Positions 28,094 to 38,368 of a DNA stretch of 44,761 nucleotides are shown one piece after another. Position 1 is the first letter of the stretch. Every line of letters begins with the position of its first letter. This stretch comes from Xanthobacter autotrophicus (GTDB lineage Bacteria > Pseudomonadota > Alphaproteobacteria > Rhizobiales > Xanthobacteraceae). The notes under the pieces were generated by a model that saw nothing but the letters and a program-made list of their open reading frames with translations, had not been told where the DNA came from and made no database searches. The stretch spans positions 1 to 44,761 of the forward strand of contig JAFIHR010000458.1 of the NCBI GenBank assembly GCA_017849325.1, read 5' to 3'. The position numbers and the translations under genes are program-made.

Positions 28094-29625
28094 CACTCCA
28101 CCTCCATGGGCGTTTTTGCTTTCTTCGGCGGCTGCACAGGGCTGCCGAAGAGGTTGAGGGAGGTCTCGCCGCCGGAGCAGCCGTTGCCGAAGGAGAAGCC
28201 GCATGAGCCGCGCAGGTCGTAGGCGTCCTCGCTCCATTCGCGGTGGGCGGTGGGGATGACGAAGCGGTCCTCGAAATTGGCGATGGCCATCACCTGGTAC
28301 ATCTCATCGATGTCCGCTCCCGTAAGACCGACCTTCGTTGCGACGGCTTCGTCAAGGCGACCATCGACCGTCTTGGCGCGCATGTAGGCGCGCATGGCGA
28401 GCATGCGCTCGAGGGCCAGGGCGACCGGCGCCTCCTCACCGGCAGTGAGCAGGTTCGCTAGATATTTCAGTGGGATGCGCAGCGAGCGCACGTCCGGCAT
28501 CTCGCCGTCGACCCCCATCTTGCCGGCCGCCGCGGCCGACTGGATGGGCGAGAGCGGCGGCACATACCAGACCATGGGCAAGGTGCGGTACTCGGGATGG
28601 AGTGGAAAGGCCACCTTCCACTCCATGGCCATCTTCCAGATGGGGGAATGGCGGGCGGCCTCGATCCAGGCGTCGGGTACTCCGTCGGCGCGGGCCTGCG
28701 CGATCACCTTCGGGTCCTTGGGATCGAGGAAGAGGTCGAGCTGAGCCTGGTAGAGCTTCGCCTCGTCCTTGACGCTGGCGGCCTCCTCGATGCGATCGGC
28801 GTCATAGAGCAGGACGCCGAGATAGCGGATGCGCCCGACGCAGGTCTCCGAGCACACGGTCGGTTGGCCCGCCTCGATGCGCGGATAGCAGAAGATACAC
28901 TTCTCCGACTTTCCAGAGGACCAGTTGTAGTAGATCTTCTTGTAGGGGCAGCCGGACACGCACATGCGCCAGCCGCGGCATTTTTCCTGGTCGATCAGGA
29001 CGATGCCGTCCTCCTCCCGTTTGTAGATGGCGCCGGATGGACAAGAGGCTGCGCACGCCGGATTGAGGCAGTGCTCGCACAGGCGCGGCAGGTACATCAT
29101 GAAGGTGTTTTCGAACTGGCCATATATTTCATTCTGGACATTCTCGAAATTTACATCCTTCTTACGCTTCTCGAATTCGCCGCCGAGGATCTCCTCCCAG
29201 TTCGGGCCCCACTCGATCTTCTCCATGCGCTCGCCCGAGACGAGGGAGCGCGGTCGCGCCGTCGGGAAGGCCTTGGATTCCTTCGCCGTTTGTAGGTGCT
29301 CGTAATCGAACGTGAAGGGCTCGTAATAGTCGTCGATCTCCGGCAGGTCCGGATTGGCGAAGATGTTGGCGAGGATGCGCCACTTGGCGCCGATCTTCGG
29401 TTCGATCTTGCCGTTGGCCTTGCGCCGCCAGCCGCCATTCCACTTCTTCTGGTTCTCCCACTCGCGGGGATAACCGACACCGGGCTTGGTCTCGACATTG
29501 TTGAACCAGGCGTATTCCACGCCCTGGCGACTGGTCCACACGTTCTTGCACGTGACGGAGCAGGTGTGGCACCCGATGCACTTGTCGAGGTTTAGCACCA
29601 TCGCGATCTGGGCACGGATCTTCAT
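28093..29625 (-). CDS. narH: Respiratory nitrate reductase beta subunit
   Basis: MKIRAQIAMVLNLDKCIGCHTCSVTCKNVW, CEHCLNPAC, CRGWRMCVSGCPYKK, CIFCYPR. Confidence 0.98.
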   Translation of the reverse strand: MKIRAQIAMVLNLDKCIGCHTCSVTCKNVWTSRQGVEYAWFNNVETKPGVGYPREWENQKKWNGGWRRKANGKIEPKIGAKWRILANIFANPDLPEIDDYYEPFTFDYEHLQTAKESKAFPTARPRSLVSGERMEKIEWGPNWEEILGGEFEKRKKDVNFENVQNEIYGQFENTFMMYLPRLCEHCLNPACAASCPSGAIYKREEDGIVLIDQEKCRGWRMCVSGCPYKKIYYNWSSGKSEKCIFCYPRIEAGQPTVCSETCVGRIRYLGVLLYDADRIEEAASVKDEAKLYQAQLDLFLDPKDPKVIAQARADGVPDAWIEAARHSPIWKMAMEWKVAFPLHPEYRTLPMVWYVPPLSPIQSAAAAGKMGVDGEMPDVRSLRIPLKYLANLLTAGEEAPVALALERMLAMRAYMRAKTVDGRLDEAVATKVGLTGADIDEMYQVMAIANFEDRFVIPTAHREWSEDAYDLRGSCGFSFGNGCSGGETSLNLFGSPVQPPKKAKTPMEVE

Positions 29626-32600
29626 TGGGCCATCTCCTTGGCGGAGGCGTTAGCCGCCTCGGAAAGCTCGTCCTCGAGCCAGTCCACCTTGTTCATCTTG
29701 CGAATGATGACGAACTCATCCCGGTTCGCGCCCACGGTGCCGTAATAGTTGAAGCCGTAGGCCTGCTGGGCGTAGCCGCCGATCATGTGGGTCGGCTTCA
29801 GCACCGTGCGGGTCACCGAGTTATGGATGCCGCCCCGGTTGCCGGTCATCTCCGAGCCGGGCGTGTTAATGATCTTCTCCTGGGCGTGATACATCATCAT
29901 CATGCCCGGCATGACGCGCTGGGAGACCACGGCCCGCGCGGTGAGCGCACCGTTGGTGTTGAACACCTCCACCCAGTCATTGTCGACGATGCCGCCGGCG
30001 CGCGCGTCATCCTCGGAGATCCAAACCACGGGCCCACCCCGGTTGAGGGTGAGCATCAAGAGGTTGTCGGTATAGGTGGAATGGATGCCCCATTTCTGGT
30101 GTGGGGTGAGGAAGTTGAGCACAACCTCCTTGTGGCCGTTGGGCTTCATGCCCTGGACGCCGGGAATGGTCTTGAGGTCCACCGGAGGCTTCCAGGTGAC
30201 GAAGCCTTCGCCGAAGGCCCGCATCCACAAATGGTCCTGGTAGAGCTGCTGGCGGCCCGTGATGGTGCGCCAGGGGATCAGCTCGTGCACGTTGGTGTAG
30301 CCGGCATTGTAGCAGACCTTCTCGCTCTCGATGCCCGACCAGGTTGGCGAGGAGATGATCTTGCGCGGCTGCGCCTGGATGTCCCGGAAGCGGATCTTCT
30401 CGTCTTCCTTGGGCACCGCGAGGTGCGAGTGGTCGCGGCCGGTATTGTGGGAGAGTGCCTCCCACGCCTTGACTGCCACCTCGCCATTGGTCTCCGGCGC
30501 GAGCATGAGGATGATCTCGGCCGCGTCGATGTCGGTCTCGATCTTCGCCAGGCCCTGGGCCGGTCCGTCGCGATGGGTGCCGTTTAGCGCCCTGAGGGCC
30601 TCCACTTCGTGTCCGGTCTTCCAGGTGATGCCCTTGCCGCCATTGCCGACCTTCTCCATCAGCGGACCGAGGGCGGTGAAGCGGGCGTGGGTGGCCGGAT
30701 AGTCGCGGGTGACGACGGTGACGGCCGGCATGGTCGTGCCGGGGATCGGCTCGACCTCGCCGCGCTTCCAATCCTTCACATCCATGGCCTGGGCGATCTC
30801 GGCGGGAGTGTCGTGCAGGATGGGGGTGAGGACGGTGTCCTCCTCCACGCCCAGGACGCCGGTGGCGGCATGGGAGAAGGCCTTCGCGATGCCCTTGTAG
30901 ATCTCCCAGTCGGAGCGCGATTCCCAGGCCGGGTCCACCGCCGCGGAGAGCGGATGGATGAAGGGATGCATGTCCGAGGTGTTGAGGTCGTTCTTCTCGT
31001 ACCAGGTGGCGGTCGGCAGCACGATGTCCGAGTAGACGCAGGTGGTGGACATGCGGAAGTCGAGCGTCACCAGGAGGTCGAGCTTGCCCGTGGGCGCCTC
31101 CTCACGCCAAGTGACCTCCTTGTTGCGCACGGCCCCCTCGGTGCCCAGGTCCTTGCCCATGACGCCGTTTTCGGTGCCGAGCAGGTGTTTGAGGAAGTAT
31201 TCGTGCCCCTTGCCCGACGAACCGAGCAGGTTGGAGCGCCAGACGAACAGGTTGCGAGGCCAGTTGTCCGGGTGATCCGGATCCTGGCAGGACAGCTCAA
31301 GCTCGCCGGATTTCAGGGCGGAAGCCAAATAGTCCTTCACCTCCTGGCCGCTCGCCTTGGCGCGCTTGGCGATCTCAAGCGGGTTCTGCTTGAGTTGCGG
31401 CGCGGAGGGCAGCCACCCCATGCGCTCGGCGCGCACGTTGTAGTCGATGAAGCTCTGGTTCCAATCACCTTCGGGCGCCGTGGGCGAGAGGATCTCGCCG
31501 GCGGTGAGCGTCTCGTAGCGCCACTGGTCCGTGTGAGCGTACCAAAAGGAGGTGGAATTCTGGTGGCGCGGGGGCCGGCCCCAGTCGAGAGCGAAGGCCA
31601 GCGGCTGCCAGCCGGTCTGCGGGCGCAGCTTCTCCTGGCCCACATAGTGGGACCAACCGCCGCCCGACTGGCCGACGCAGCCGCAGAACACCAGGAGATT
31701 GATCACTCCCCGGTAGTTCATGTCCATATTGTACCAATGGTTCATGCCCGCGCCGATGATCACCATCGACCGGCCGTTGGTCTTCTCCGCGTTGGTGGCG
31801 AACTCGCGGGCAACAGTGATGATCGCCTCGCGCTTCACGCCGGTGATCCGCTCCGCCCAAGCGGGGGTGAACGGCACGTCCTCATCATAGGAGGAGGCCA
31901 CGTTGGAGCCGTCGAAGCCGCGATCGAGGCCGTAATTGGCCATCATCAGGTCGTAGACGGTCGCCACCTTCAGCGTCGCGCCATCGGCGCCCTGGACGAG
32001 GCGTACCGGCACGTTGCGCGCGAGGATCTCTCCGTGTTCGGTGGCCACGAAATGCTCCGTGGCGCGGCCGCCAAAATAAGGGAAATCCACGGCCGCGATT
32101 GCGTCCGCCGCGCCTTCAAGGGTGAGCTTCAGGCGGATGTCGCGGCCCTGCCCGTCCTTTTCCTCCAGGTTCCATCTGGAGGTCTCGCCCCACCGGTGAC
32201 CGACGGAGCCGAGCGGCGCCACCAGATCGCCGGAGATTTCGTCGAGGGCGACGGTCTTCCAGTCCGGATTGTTTGTCTCGCCCAGCGCCCCTGGCAGGTC
32301 GGACGCGCGCAGCAGCCGCTCGGGCACGAGGCGCCCGTCGCGCTCCACGAGGCGCACCAGAAACGGCATGTCCGAATAGCGGCGAAGATAGTCGTCGAAA
32401 TAGGGAACCTGTCGGGCGAGGTGATACTCGCGCAGGATCACGTGGCCCATGGCGAGGGCCAGTGCCGCATCGGTGCCCTGCTTGGGGTTCAGCCAGATAT
32501 CGGCGAACTTGGTGGCCTCGGCATAGTCCGGGCTCACAACCGCGCTCTTCGTGCCCTTGTAGCGGACCTCGGTGTAGAAGTGGGCGTCGGGTGTGCGCGT

Positions 32601-33374
32601 TTGGGGCACATTGGAGCCCCAAACGATGATGAAGCCCGCATTGTACCAGTCGGCGCTTTCCGGCACGTCGGTCTGTTCGCCCCAGGTCTGCGGCGAGGCG
32701 GGCGGCAGGTCGCAGTACCAGTCGTAGAACGACATGCAGACCCCGCCAATGAGCGAAAGATAGCGTGAGCCGGCCGCGTACGAGACCATGGACATGGCGG
32801 GGATGGGCGAGAAGCCCACCACGCGATCAGGCCCGTGCGCCTTCACCGTGTAGGCGTTCGCAGCGCCGATCAGCTCGTTCACTTCGTCCCACGTCGAGCG
32901 CACGAAACCGCCGTGGCCGCGGATCGAGGTGTAGGAGGCGCGGGCCGCCTTGTCCTCGACGATGGACGCCCAGGCGGCCACCGGCGGGTGCTTGGCCCGG
33001 GCGGCGCGCCACAGCTTCAGGAGCCGGGAGCGGATGAGCGGGTACTTCACCCGCGCCCCGGAATAGAGATACCAGCTATAGGAGGCCCCGCGGGCGCAGC
33101 CGCGCGGCTCGTGGTTAGGCAGGTCCGGCCTTGTGCGCGGATAGTCCGTCTGCTGGGTCTCCCAGGTGACGATGCCACCCTTGACGTAGATCTTCCACGA
33201 GCACGAGCCCGTGCAGTTCACGCCGTGGGTGGAGCGCACGATCTTGTCGTGCTGCCAGCGCTTCCGGTAGCCGTCCTCCCAGGAGCGATCCTCCTGGGTG
33301 GTGACGCCGTGGCCGCCGGAAAAGGGCTCCGCCTCGCGACGGAAGAATGTGAGCCGATCGAGGAAATGAGACAT
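29622..33374 (-). CDS. narG: Respiratory nitrate reductase alpha subunit
   Basis: RSTHGVNCTGSCSWK, HEPRGCARG, SFYDWYCDLPPASP, TPHQKWGIHSTY; 1250 aa. Confidence 0.98.
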   Translation of the reverse strand: MSHFLDRLTFFRREAEPFSGGHGVTTQEDRSWEDGYRKRWQHDKIVRSTHGVNCTGSCSWKIYVKGGIVTWETQQTDYPRTRPDLPNHEPRGCARGASYSWYLYSGARVKYPLIRSRLLKLWRAARAKHPPVAAWASIVEDKAARASYTSIRGHGGFVRSTWDEVNELIGAANAYTVKAHGPDRVVGFSPIPAMSMVSYAAGSRYLSLIGGVCMSFYDWYCDLPPASPQTWGEQTDVPESADWYNAGFIIVWGSNVPQTRTPDAHFYTEVRYKGTKSAVVSPDYAEATKFADIWLNPKQGTDAALALAMGHVILREYHLARQVPYFDDYLRRYSDMPFLVRLVERDGRLVPERLLRASDLPGALGETNNPDWKTVALDEISGDLVAPLGSVGHRWGETSRWNLEEKDGQGRDIRLKLTLEGAADAIAAVDFPYFGGRATEHFVATEHGEILARNVPVRLVQGADGATLKVATVYDLMMANYGLDRGFDGSNVASSYDEDVPFTPAWAERITGVKREAIITVAREFATNAEKTNGRSMVIIGAGMNHWYNMDMNYRGVINLLVFCGCVGQSGGGWSHYVGQEKLRPQTGWQPLAFALDWGRPPRHQNSTSFWYAHTDQWRYETLTAGEILSPTAPEGDWNQSFIDYNVRAERMGWLPSAPQLKQNPLEIAKRAKASGQEVKDYLASALKSGELELSCQDPDHPDNWPRNLFVWRSNLLGSSGKGHEYFLKHLLGTENGVMGKDLGTEGAVRNKEVTWREEAPTGKLDLLVTLDFRMSTTCVYSDIVLPTATWYEKNDLNTSDMHPFIHPLSAAVDPAWESRSDWEIYKGIAKAFSHAATGVLGVEEDTVLTPILHDTPAEIAQAMDVKDWKRGEVEPIPGTTMPAVTVVTRDYPATHARFTALGPLMEKVGNGGKGITWKTGHEVEALRALNGTHRDGPAQGLAKIETDIDAAEIILMLAPETNGEVAVKAWEALSHNTGRDHSHLAVPKEDEKIRFRDIQAQPRKIISSPTWSGIESEKVCYNAGYTNVHELIPWRTITGRQQLYQDHLWMRAFGEGFVTWKPPVDLKTIPGVQGMKPNGHKEVVLNFLTPHQKWGIHSTYTDNLLMLTLNRGGPVVWISEDDARAGGIVDNDWVEVFNTNGALTARAVVSQRVMPGMMMMYHAQEKIINTPGSEMTGNRGGIHNSVTRTVLKPTHMIGGYAQQAYGFNYYGTVGANRDEFVIIRKMNKVDWLEDELSEAANASAKEMAQ

Positions 33375-33391
33375 GATGCGAAGTCCTCCGC

Positions 33392-36151
33392 TTACTCGGC
33401 CGGCGCCGGATGGGGAGTATTGCGCGCGACGGGTCCGCGCTCGATGTCGTGGAGCAGGCCGCCCTTGCGGGTGTAAACGGCCCAGGTGATCACCAGGCAG
33501 CTGAGATAGAAGACGAGGAAGGCCCAGAGCGCCGCCTCAGGTCCACCGGTCAGCGCGATGGAGGTGCCGTAGCCCTTCGGGATGAAGAAGGCTCCGTAGG
33601 CGGCGATGGCCGAGGTGAAGCCGGTAATGGCGGCCGCCTCCTTTTCCACCTGCCGGCGGCGCGTCTCCGGGTCTGCCGTGGGCATGAGGCGTTCCATTTC
33701 CCGGCCCATGATCGCGGGGATCATCTGGAAGGTGGAGGCGTTGCCGACGCCGGTGGCGAAGAAGAGCACCAGGAAGGAGCCGAAGAAGGCCCAGAACGCC
33801 CAGGGCTCCACCCGCATGCCGATGGACCACAGGACACCGCAGACCCCCGCGATCATCAACAGGAAGACGTAGATGGTGACCCGGCCACCGCCATACTTGT
33901 CCGCGAGCCAGCCGGTGCCGGAGCGCGACAGCGCGCCGACGAGTGGGCCGAGGAAGGCGAACTGGAGGACGTTGACCTCCGGAAACAGGATCTTCGTCAA
34001 AAGCGGGAAGCCCGCCGAATAGCCGATGAAGGAGCCGAAAGTCCCGGTGTAGAGCCAGCACATGATCCAGTTGTGCTTGCGCTGGAAGATCACCGCCTGC
34101 TCGCGGAAGGAGGCCTTCGCCGAAGCGATGTCGTTCATTCCGAACCAGGAGGCGAAAGCGGACAGGATGATGAATGGCACAAAGACGAAGCCGGCATTCT
34201 GCAGCCACAGTGGCGCCTGCCCTGCACCCGAGGCCACCATGGCCGGATCGCCGCCGAGCCTGCCGAAGAGTCCCATGGTGATGACGAGAGGCACCACGAA
34301 TTGCACCACGCTGACCCCCAGATTGCCGAGGCCCGCGTTCAGCGCCAGAGCGTTGCCCTTCTCCGCCTTCGGGAAGAAGAAGGAGATGTTGGCCATGGAG
34401 GAGGCGAAGTTGCCGCCGCCGAAGCCGCACAACAGCGCGAGGATGAGCAGCACCACGTAGGGCGTGTCTGGGTTCTGCACGGCATAGCCGATGCCGATGG
34501 CCGGGATGATAAGCGACCAGGTGGTGAGTGTGGTCCACAGGCGTCCACCGAAGATGGGCACCATGAAGGAGTAGAAGATGCGCAGCGTCGCGCCGGTGAG
34601 CCCCGGCAGTGCCGCGAGCCAGAACAACTGATCGGTGGTGAAGGTGAAGCCCACCAGCGGTAGTTTCGCCACCACTACCGACCACACCTGCCAGATGGCG
34701 AAGGACAGCAGCAGCGCAGGGATAGAGATCCACAGGTTTCGCCGCGCGATCGCGCGCCCCGTCTTCTCCCAGAACCCCTCGTCCTCCGGACGCCAGTCGG
34801 TGAGCACGGCACCATTGCCGGCCGCAGGGACAGCCGCCAGAGCCGGCTCCATCCCCTGCATCTCCGGCAGTTCCGGCAACTTCTCGAGCGCGCCGCCGGC
34901 TGCCTCCTTCTCCATCTGGCGGATCGCGAGATGCATCCAAACCAGCGCGACGGAGGCAAGCACGAACAGCAACATGAAGCAGCTGGTCCAAAGCCCGGTC
35001 AGATCGTTGAGCACGCCGAACAGCAGCGGGAGTACAAATCCGCCAAGACCGCCGATCATGCCCACGAGACCACCCACCGCACCCACATGCTTGGGGTAGT
35101 AGACGGGTATGTGCTTGTAGACGGCAGCTTTGCCGAGGGCCATGAAGAAGCCCAACACGAACACGGTCACCGTGAAGCCGACGACGCCCATTTCCATGTG
35201 GAAGGTGATCGGCCCGTTGATTCCGTGGACGATGTATTCGGTCGGCGGATAAGACAGAATGAATGTGGCTAGTACAGATACCAAAAGGGTCCAGTACATC
35301 ACCCGTCGTGCACCGTAAACGTCGGACAAATGCCCCCCATAAGCGCGGAAGATACTGGCCGGTATCGAGAAAAGTGCGGCAGTCATGCCCGCCGTCTCGA
35401 TATCTAGGTTATAGACCTTAACCAAATACTGAGGTAGCCACAGCGCAAGGGCGACGAAGGCGCCAAAGACGAAGAAATAATAGAGCGAGAAGCGCCAGAC
35501 CTGGATGTTCTTTAGGGGTTCGAGTTCGAGCCACGCGCTCTTCGGCTTGATGCCGAGGCGGCGACGCTCGACAAGCACCGGATCATCCTTGGTGGTGAAG
35601 TAAAAAACGATGGCGATCACCAAGAGAGCTGCCGCCCACACCTGAGCCACCATCTGCCAACCAAAGGCAACGAGAACGAAGGGAGCCAGGAATTTTGTGA
35701 CGGCTGCGCCAACATTGCCGGCGCCGAATATGCCAAGTGCCGTGCCCTGCTTCTCGCTCGGATACCAGCGCGAGACATAAGCGACACCCACGGCAAATGA
35801 GCCGCCAGCGATCCCGACGCCCAGCGCGGCGATCAGAAACTGCGGATAGGTGTGCGCGAAGGTGAGGAGGAACGTCGCGACCGCTGCCGCCAGCATCGTC
35901 AGCGTGAACACAACGCGCCCGCCATAGGCATCGGTCCACACACCGAGCGCTAGGCGGGTGAGTGAACCCGTGAGAATGGGCGTTCCGATCAGAAGACCAA
36001 ACTCGGTCGCCGATAGCCCAAGGTCCTGCCGGATGCGGATACCGATGATGGAAAAGATCGTCCACACCGCAAAGCACACGGTGAAGGCGACGGTGCTCAT
36101 GACGAGTGAGGTCCGCTGGTCGGCGACGCTCACGTCCCTTGTGGTTTGCAT
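33392..36151 (-). CDS. narK: Fused NarK1-NarK2 nitrate/nitrite transporter
   Basis: Two MFS modules (GIAGGSFAVG...GNVGA and GFGGGNFASSMANIS) joined by a linker containing WRPEDEGFW. Confidence 0.94.
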   Translation of the reverse strand: MQTTRDVSVADQRTSLVMSTVAFTVCFAVWTIFSIIGIRIRQDLGLSATEFGLLIGTPILTGSLTRLALGVWTDAYGGRVVFTLTMLAAAVATFLLTFAHTYPQFLIAALGVGIAGGSFAVGVAYVSRWYPSEKQGTALGIFGAGNVGAAVTKFLAPFVLVAFGWQMVAQVWAAALLVIAIVFYFTTKDDPVLVERRRLGIKPKSAWLELEPLKNIQVWRFSLYYFFVFGAFVALALWLPQYLVKVYNLDIETAGMTAALFSIPASIFRAYGGHLSDVYGARRVMYWTLLVSVLATFILSYPPTEYIVHGINGPITFHMEMGVVGFTVTVFVLGFFMALGKAAVYKHIPVYYPKHVGAVGGLVGMIGGLGGFVLPLLFGVLNDLTGLWTSCFMLLFVLASVALVWMHLAIRQMEKEAAGGALEKLPELPEMQGMEPALAAVPAAGNGAVLTDWRPEDEGFWEKTGRAIARRNLWISIPALLLSFAIWQVWSVVVAKLPLVGFTFTTDQLFWLAALPGLTGATLRIFYSFMVPIFGGRLWTTLTTWSLIIPAIGIGYAVQNPDTPYVVLLILALLCGFGGGNFASSMANISFFFPKAEKGNALALNAGLGNLGVSVVQFVVPLVITMGLFGRLGGDPAMVASGAGQAPLWLQNAGFVFVPFIILSAFASWFGMNDIASAKASFREQAVIFQRKHNWIMCWLYTGTFGSFIGYSAGFPLLTKILFPEVNVLQFAFLGPLVGALSRSGTGWLADKYGGGRVTIYVFLLMIAGVCGVLWSIGMRVEPWAFWAFFGSFLVLFFATGVGNASTFQMIPAIMGREMERLMPTADPETRRRQVEKEAAAITGFTSAIAAYGAFFIPKGYGTSIALTGGPEAALWAFLVFYLSCLVITWAVYTRKGGLLHDIERGPVARNTPHPAPAE

Positions 36152-36227
36152 GGCTCTGTCTCGCCCGTTGCAATCGCACACGTGGATGGTGCGAACGGCA
36201 ACCTGCGCCCGGCCTCACGGGTCATCT

Positions 36228-36241
36228 TTGATCTATATCAG
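36228..36241. promoter_or_regulatory. FNR-type box TTGAT-CTAT-ATCAG upstream of narK
   Basis: One mismatch to TTGAT-N4-ATCAA. Confidence 0.7.
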
Positions 36242-36341
36242 CCTCAAAAGACATCTCTGCCATTTTTATTCTGGATCAATGAAATTATTTTGTGAAAATA
36301 GAAAATGTATTCTTCATGTTTATTATATTTATGATAATTGC

Positions 36342-36355
36342 TTGACATTTATCAA
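36342..36355. promoter_or_regulatory. FNR-type box TTGAC-ATTT-ATCAA upstream of narR
   Basis: One mismatch to consensus; flanked by gc...gc, which extends the symmetry. Confidence 0.72.
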
Positions 36356-36400
36356 GCGTGATAGTTAAATAGAACAGAGCAAACGAGGGCGCTGCATTTC

Positions 36401-37096
36401 ATGAGGCCTGAAGACGCTGCCGCCATCCGTAACCTGCCTTTGTTCCGGAATGCGCGCGAGGAGACCTTCGGCGCGCTCGTGGGGGCGGGATTCCTGCAAC
36501 GCTTCCCGCCCGGCGTCGTGCTGATCAAAGAACGCGAGCCGGCGGATTTTCTCCACGTAGTGGTGGAGGGGCTTGTGGAAATGTTCGCCAGTTCGGCCGG
36601 GCGAGAGACCTCGCTCGACATCGTACGGCCGGTTGGTGTCTTTATCCTCGCCGCAGTGCTCAATGACGACGTCAACCTGCAATCCGCTCGCACGTTGCAA
36701 AGATCTCAGGTGCTGATGATTCCAGGTGAGAGGGTGAGAGAGGCTTTGGGCGCTGATGCGGTCTTCACGCGCGCTGTGGTCACTGAGCTTGCGCGCGGCT
36801 ATCGACGCACCATCAAGGGGCTGAAGAACCAGAAATTGCGCACTGGAGCGGAACGTCTCGGCAATTGGCTCCTCCAGGAAGCGGCTGCGCGGGGCACCAA
36901 CGGCAGGATCGAACTGGCGTTCGAGAAACGCGTCCTGTCCTCGCTTCTCGGCATGACACCTGAAAACCTCTCCCGAGCGCTGGCCACCATCAAGATGCAC
37001 GGTGTGTCGGTCCGTGGTGCCGAGATCGCGATCGAAAATCACCGGGCGCTTCTCGCTTTCGCTCAGCCCGATCCCTTGATCGATGCGCCGGAATGA
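36401..37096 (+). CDS. narR: Crp/Fnr family regulator, NarR/FtrB-like
   Basis: FLQRFPPGVVLI.E.EPADFLHVVVEG.VE...KNQKLRTGAERLGNWLL...EKRVLSSLLGMTPENLSRA. Divergent from narK, as in Paracoccus. Confidence 0.8.
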   Translation: MRPEDAAAIRNLPLFRNAREETFGALVGAGFLQRFPPGVVLIKEREPADFLHVVVEGLVEMFASSAGRETSLDIVRPVGVFILAAVLNDDVNLQSARTLQRSQVLMIPGERVREALGADAVFTRAVVTELARGYRRTIKGLKNQKLRTGAERLGNWLLQEAAARGTNGRIELAFEKRVLSSLLGMTPENLSRALATIKMHGVSVRGAEIAIENHRALLAFAQPDPLIDAPE

Positions 37097-37333
37097 GACT
37101 GCCCGGCTCCACAATATTCACAGCGGACGCGGTCGTCTGCTCTGACGGGGTTAAATTGGGAGAGGGCGCTCATGCGCCCCGGACAATCGTTCATCATGCG
37201 GACTGACACTGCTTGGCGGCCTTCGACAGGTCCGCTCAGGATCAAATCCGATCGCCGGGCAGGTTGTTCGACATTGCCTGCTTCGAAGCAGACGCTCCTG
37301 GGGTCCGCAAGGGCGCGGTCGCCGGCTTCTGGA

Positions 37334-38368
37334 TCATTTCCCGCGGTTGCCCAACTCAGTGAGGATTTCGGCGATTTCCGGCTCGCGGCCGAGGCTCGCC
37401 TCCAACCGCTTCCGCCAATTCGGGCCGCTCTCCTTGGCAGTCTCATAGGCATCCGCAAGATCGTCCGGACGGTCCTCGGCGAGAATACGGATCAGGAAGG
37501 CAGCCTGACGACGATCTTTCACGGATTTGAGGCTGTCCGGTCCGGTTTGACGCCGGTCCGCGACGATGAGTTTGTGGATCGCGAAACGCTCCGGGCGGGG
37601 AATCCGAACAAGGACGCCTGAACGATAAGGCACCGCAGCGTTGATGGGTTCGGCAACGAGGTAATTCAGAAAGTGCAGCGATTGTGCGTAGACGCCCAGA
37701 GCGGCAAGCGGCTTCAGTCCCTCCTCGGCCTCGAACGAGGGCGTGAGGAACTCGACGAGCAGGTTGCTTTTCGTTTGCCGCCAACGCCAGACCTTCTCGG
37801 GCTCCAACGCCGGAACCGGTTCGAATGAGAAGTCGGACAGTACCTGCTGGAGTGTGGGGGATACGGTGTCCGCCAACGCCAACGACAGTCGCTCGAAGCT
37901 CGCAATGTCCAGGTCATCAGTCATCGCCGCTTCTTCGAACCCGTAGGTCACACCCAACTCCCCCTCATAAAGCCTGAAGGCATGGGTGCCCACGACGGTC
38001 CCCCCGAGGCGAAACACGCCCGCGCTCTCCAGGCTCGCGAGCAGGCTTCCCGTTCCGGGATCGACGCTCATGAACCGCTCCGCACGCAGAATGCGGATCA
38101 GTCTCGACCGTTGCTTCTTGCGTTCATCAGCATCCCGGCGCAGCTCGCTCGAGCGTTCGAGACGGGCCCGCAAATCATCGCTGTCCTCGCCGATATATCT
38201 CTTCATGACCCCGGAGCCGACCCGATAGGTGTCGTACCAATAGGTCCTCGCGCCCCGCTGAACCCTGGTGGGAGTGCCGCGAACGTCCGAGACCACCTCG
38301 TCTTCGAGCGAGCGGATGAGATCGAGGTAGGCCGCGTGAGCGATGGTGGAGTGCCGAGAGATGCGCAT
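37334..38368 (-). CDS. GSU2403-family nucleotidyltransferase-fold protein
   Basis: YWYD.YRVG...RYIG.D, GVFRLGGTVVGTHAFRLYEGELG, MTDDLDIA, VEFLTP, PRPERFAIHKLIVA..R...KSVKDRRQA. Confidence 0.82.
   Translation of the reverse strand: MRISRHSTIAHAAYLDLIRSLEDEVVSDVRGTPTRVQRGARTYWYDTYRVGSGVMKRYIGEDSDDLRARLERSSELRRDADERKKQRSRLIRILRAERFMSVDPGTGSLLASLESAGVFRLGGTVVGTHAFRLYEGELGVTYGFEEAAMTDDLDIASFERLSLALADTVSPTLQQVLSDFSFEPVPALEPEKVWRWRQTKSNLLVEFLTPSFEAEEGLKPLAALGVYAQSLHFLNYLVAEPINAAVPYRSGVLVRIPRPERFAIHKLIVADRRQTGPDSLKSVKDRRQAAFLIRILAEDRPDDLADAYETAKESGPNWRKRLEASLGREPEIAEILTELGNRGK

Noticed and set aside
29625-32768. Long plus-strand ORFs (320 aa and 719 aa) and similar antisense ORFs across the window
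   Set aside because: They are shadow frames of GC-rich genes such as narG and contain no recognisable motifs.
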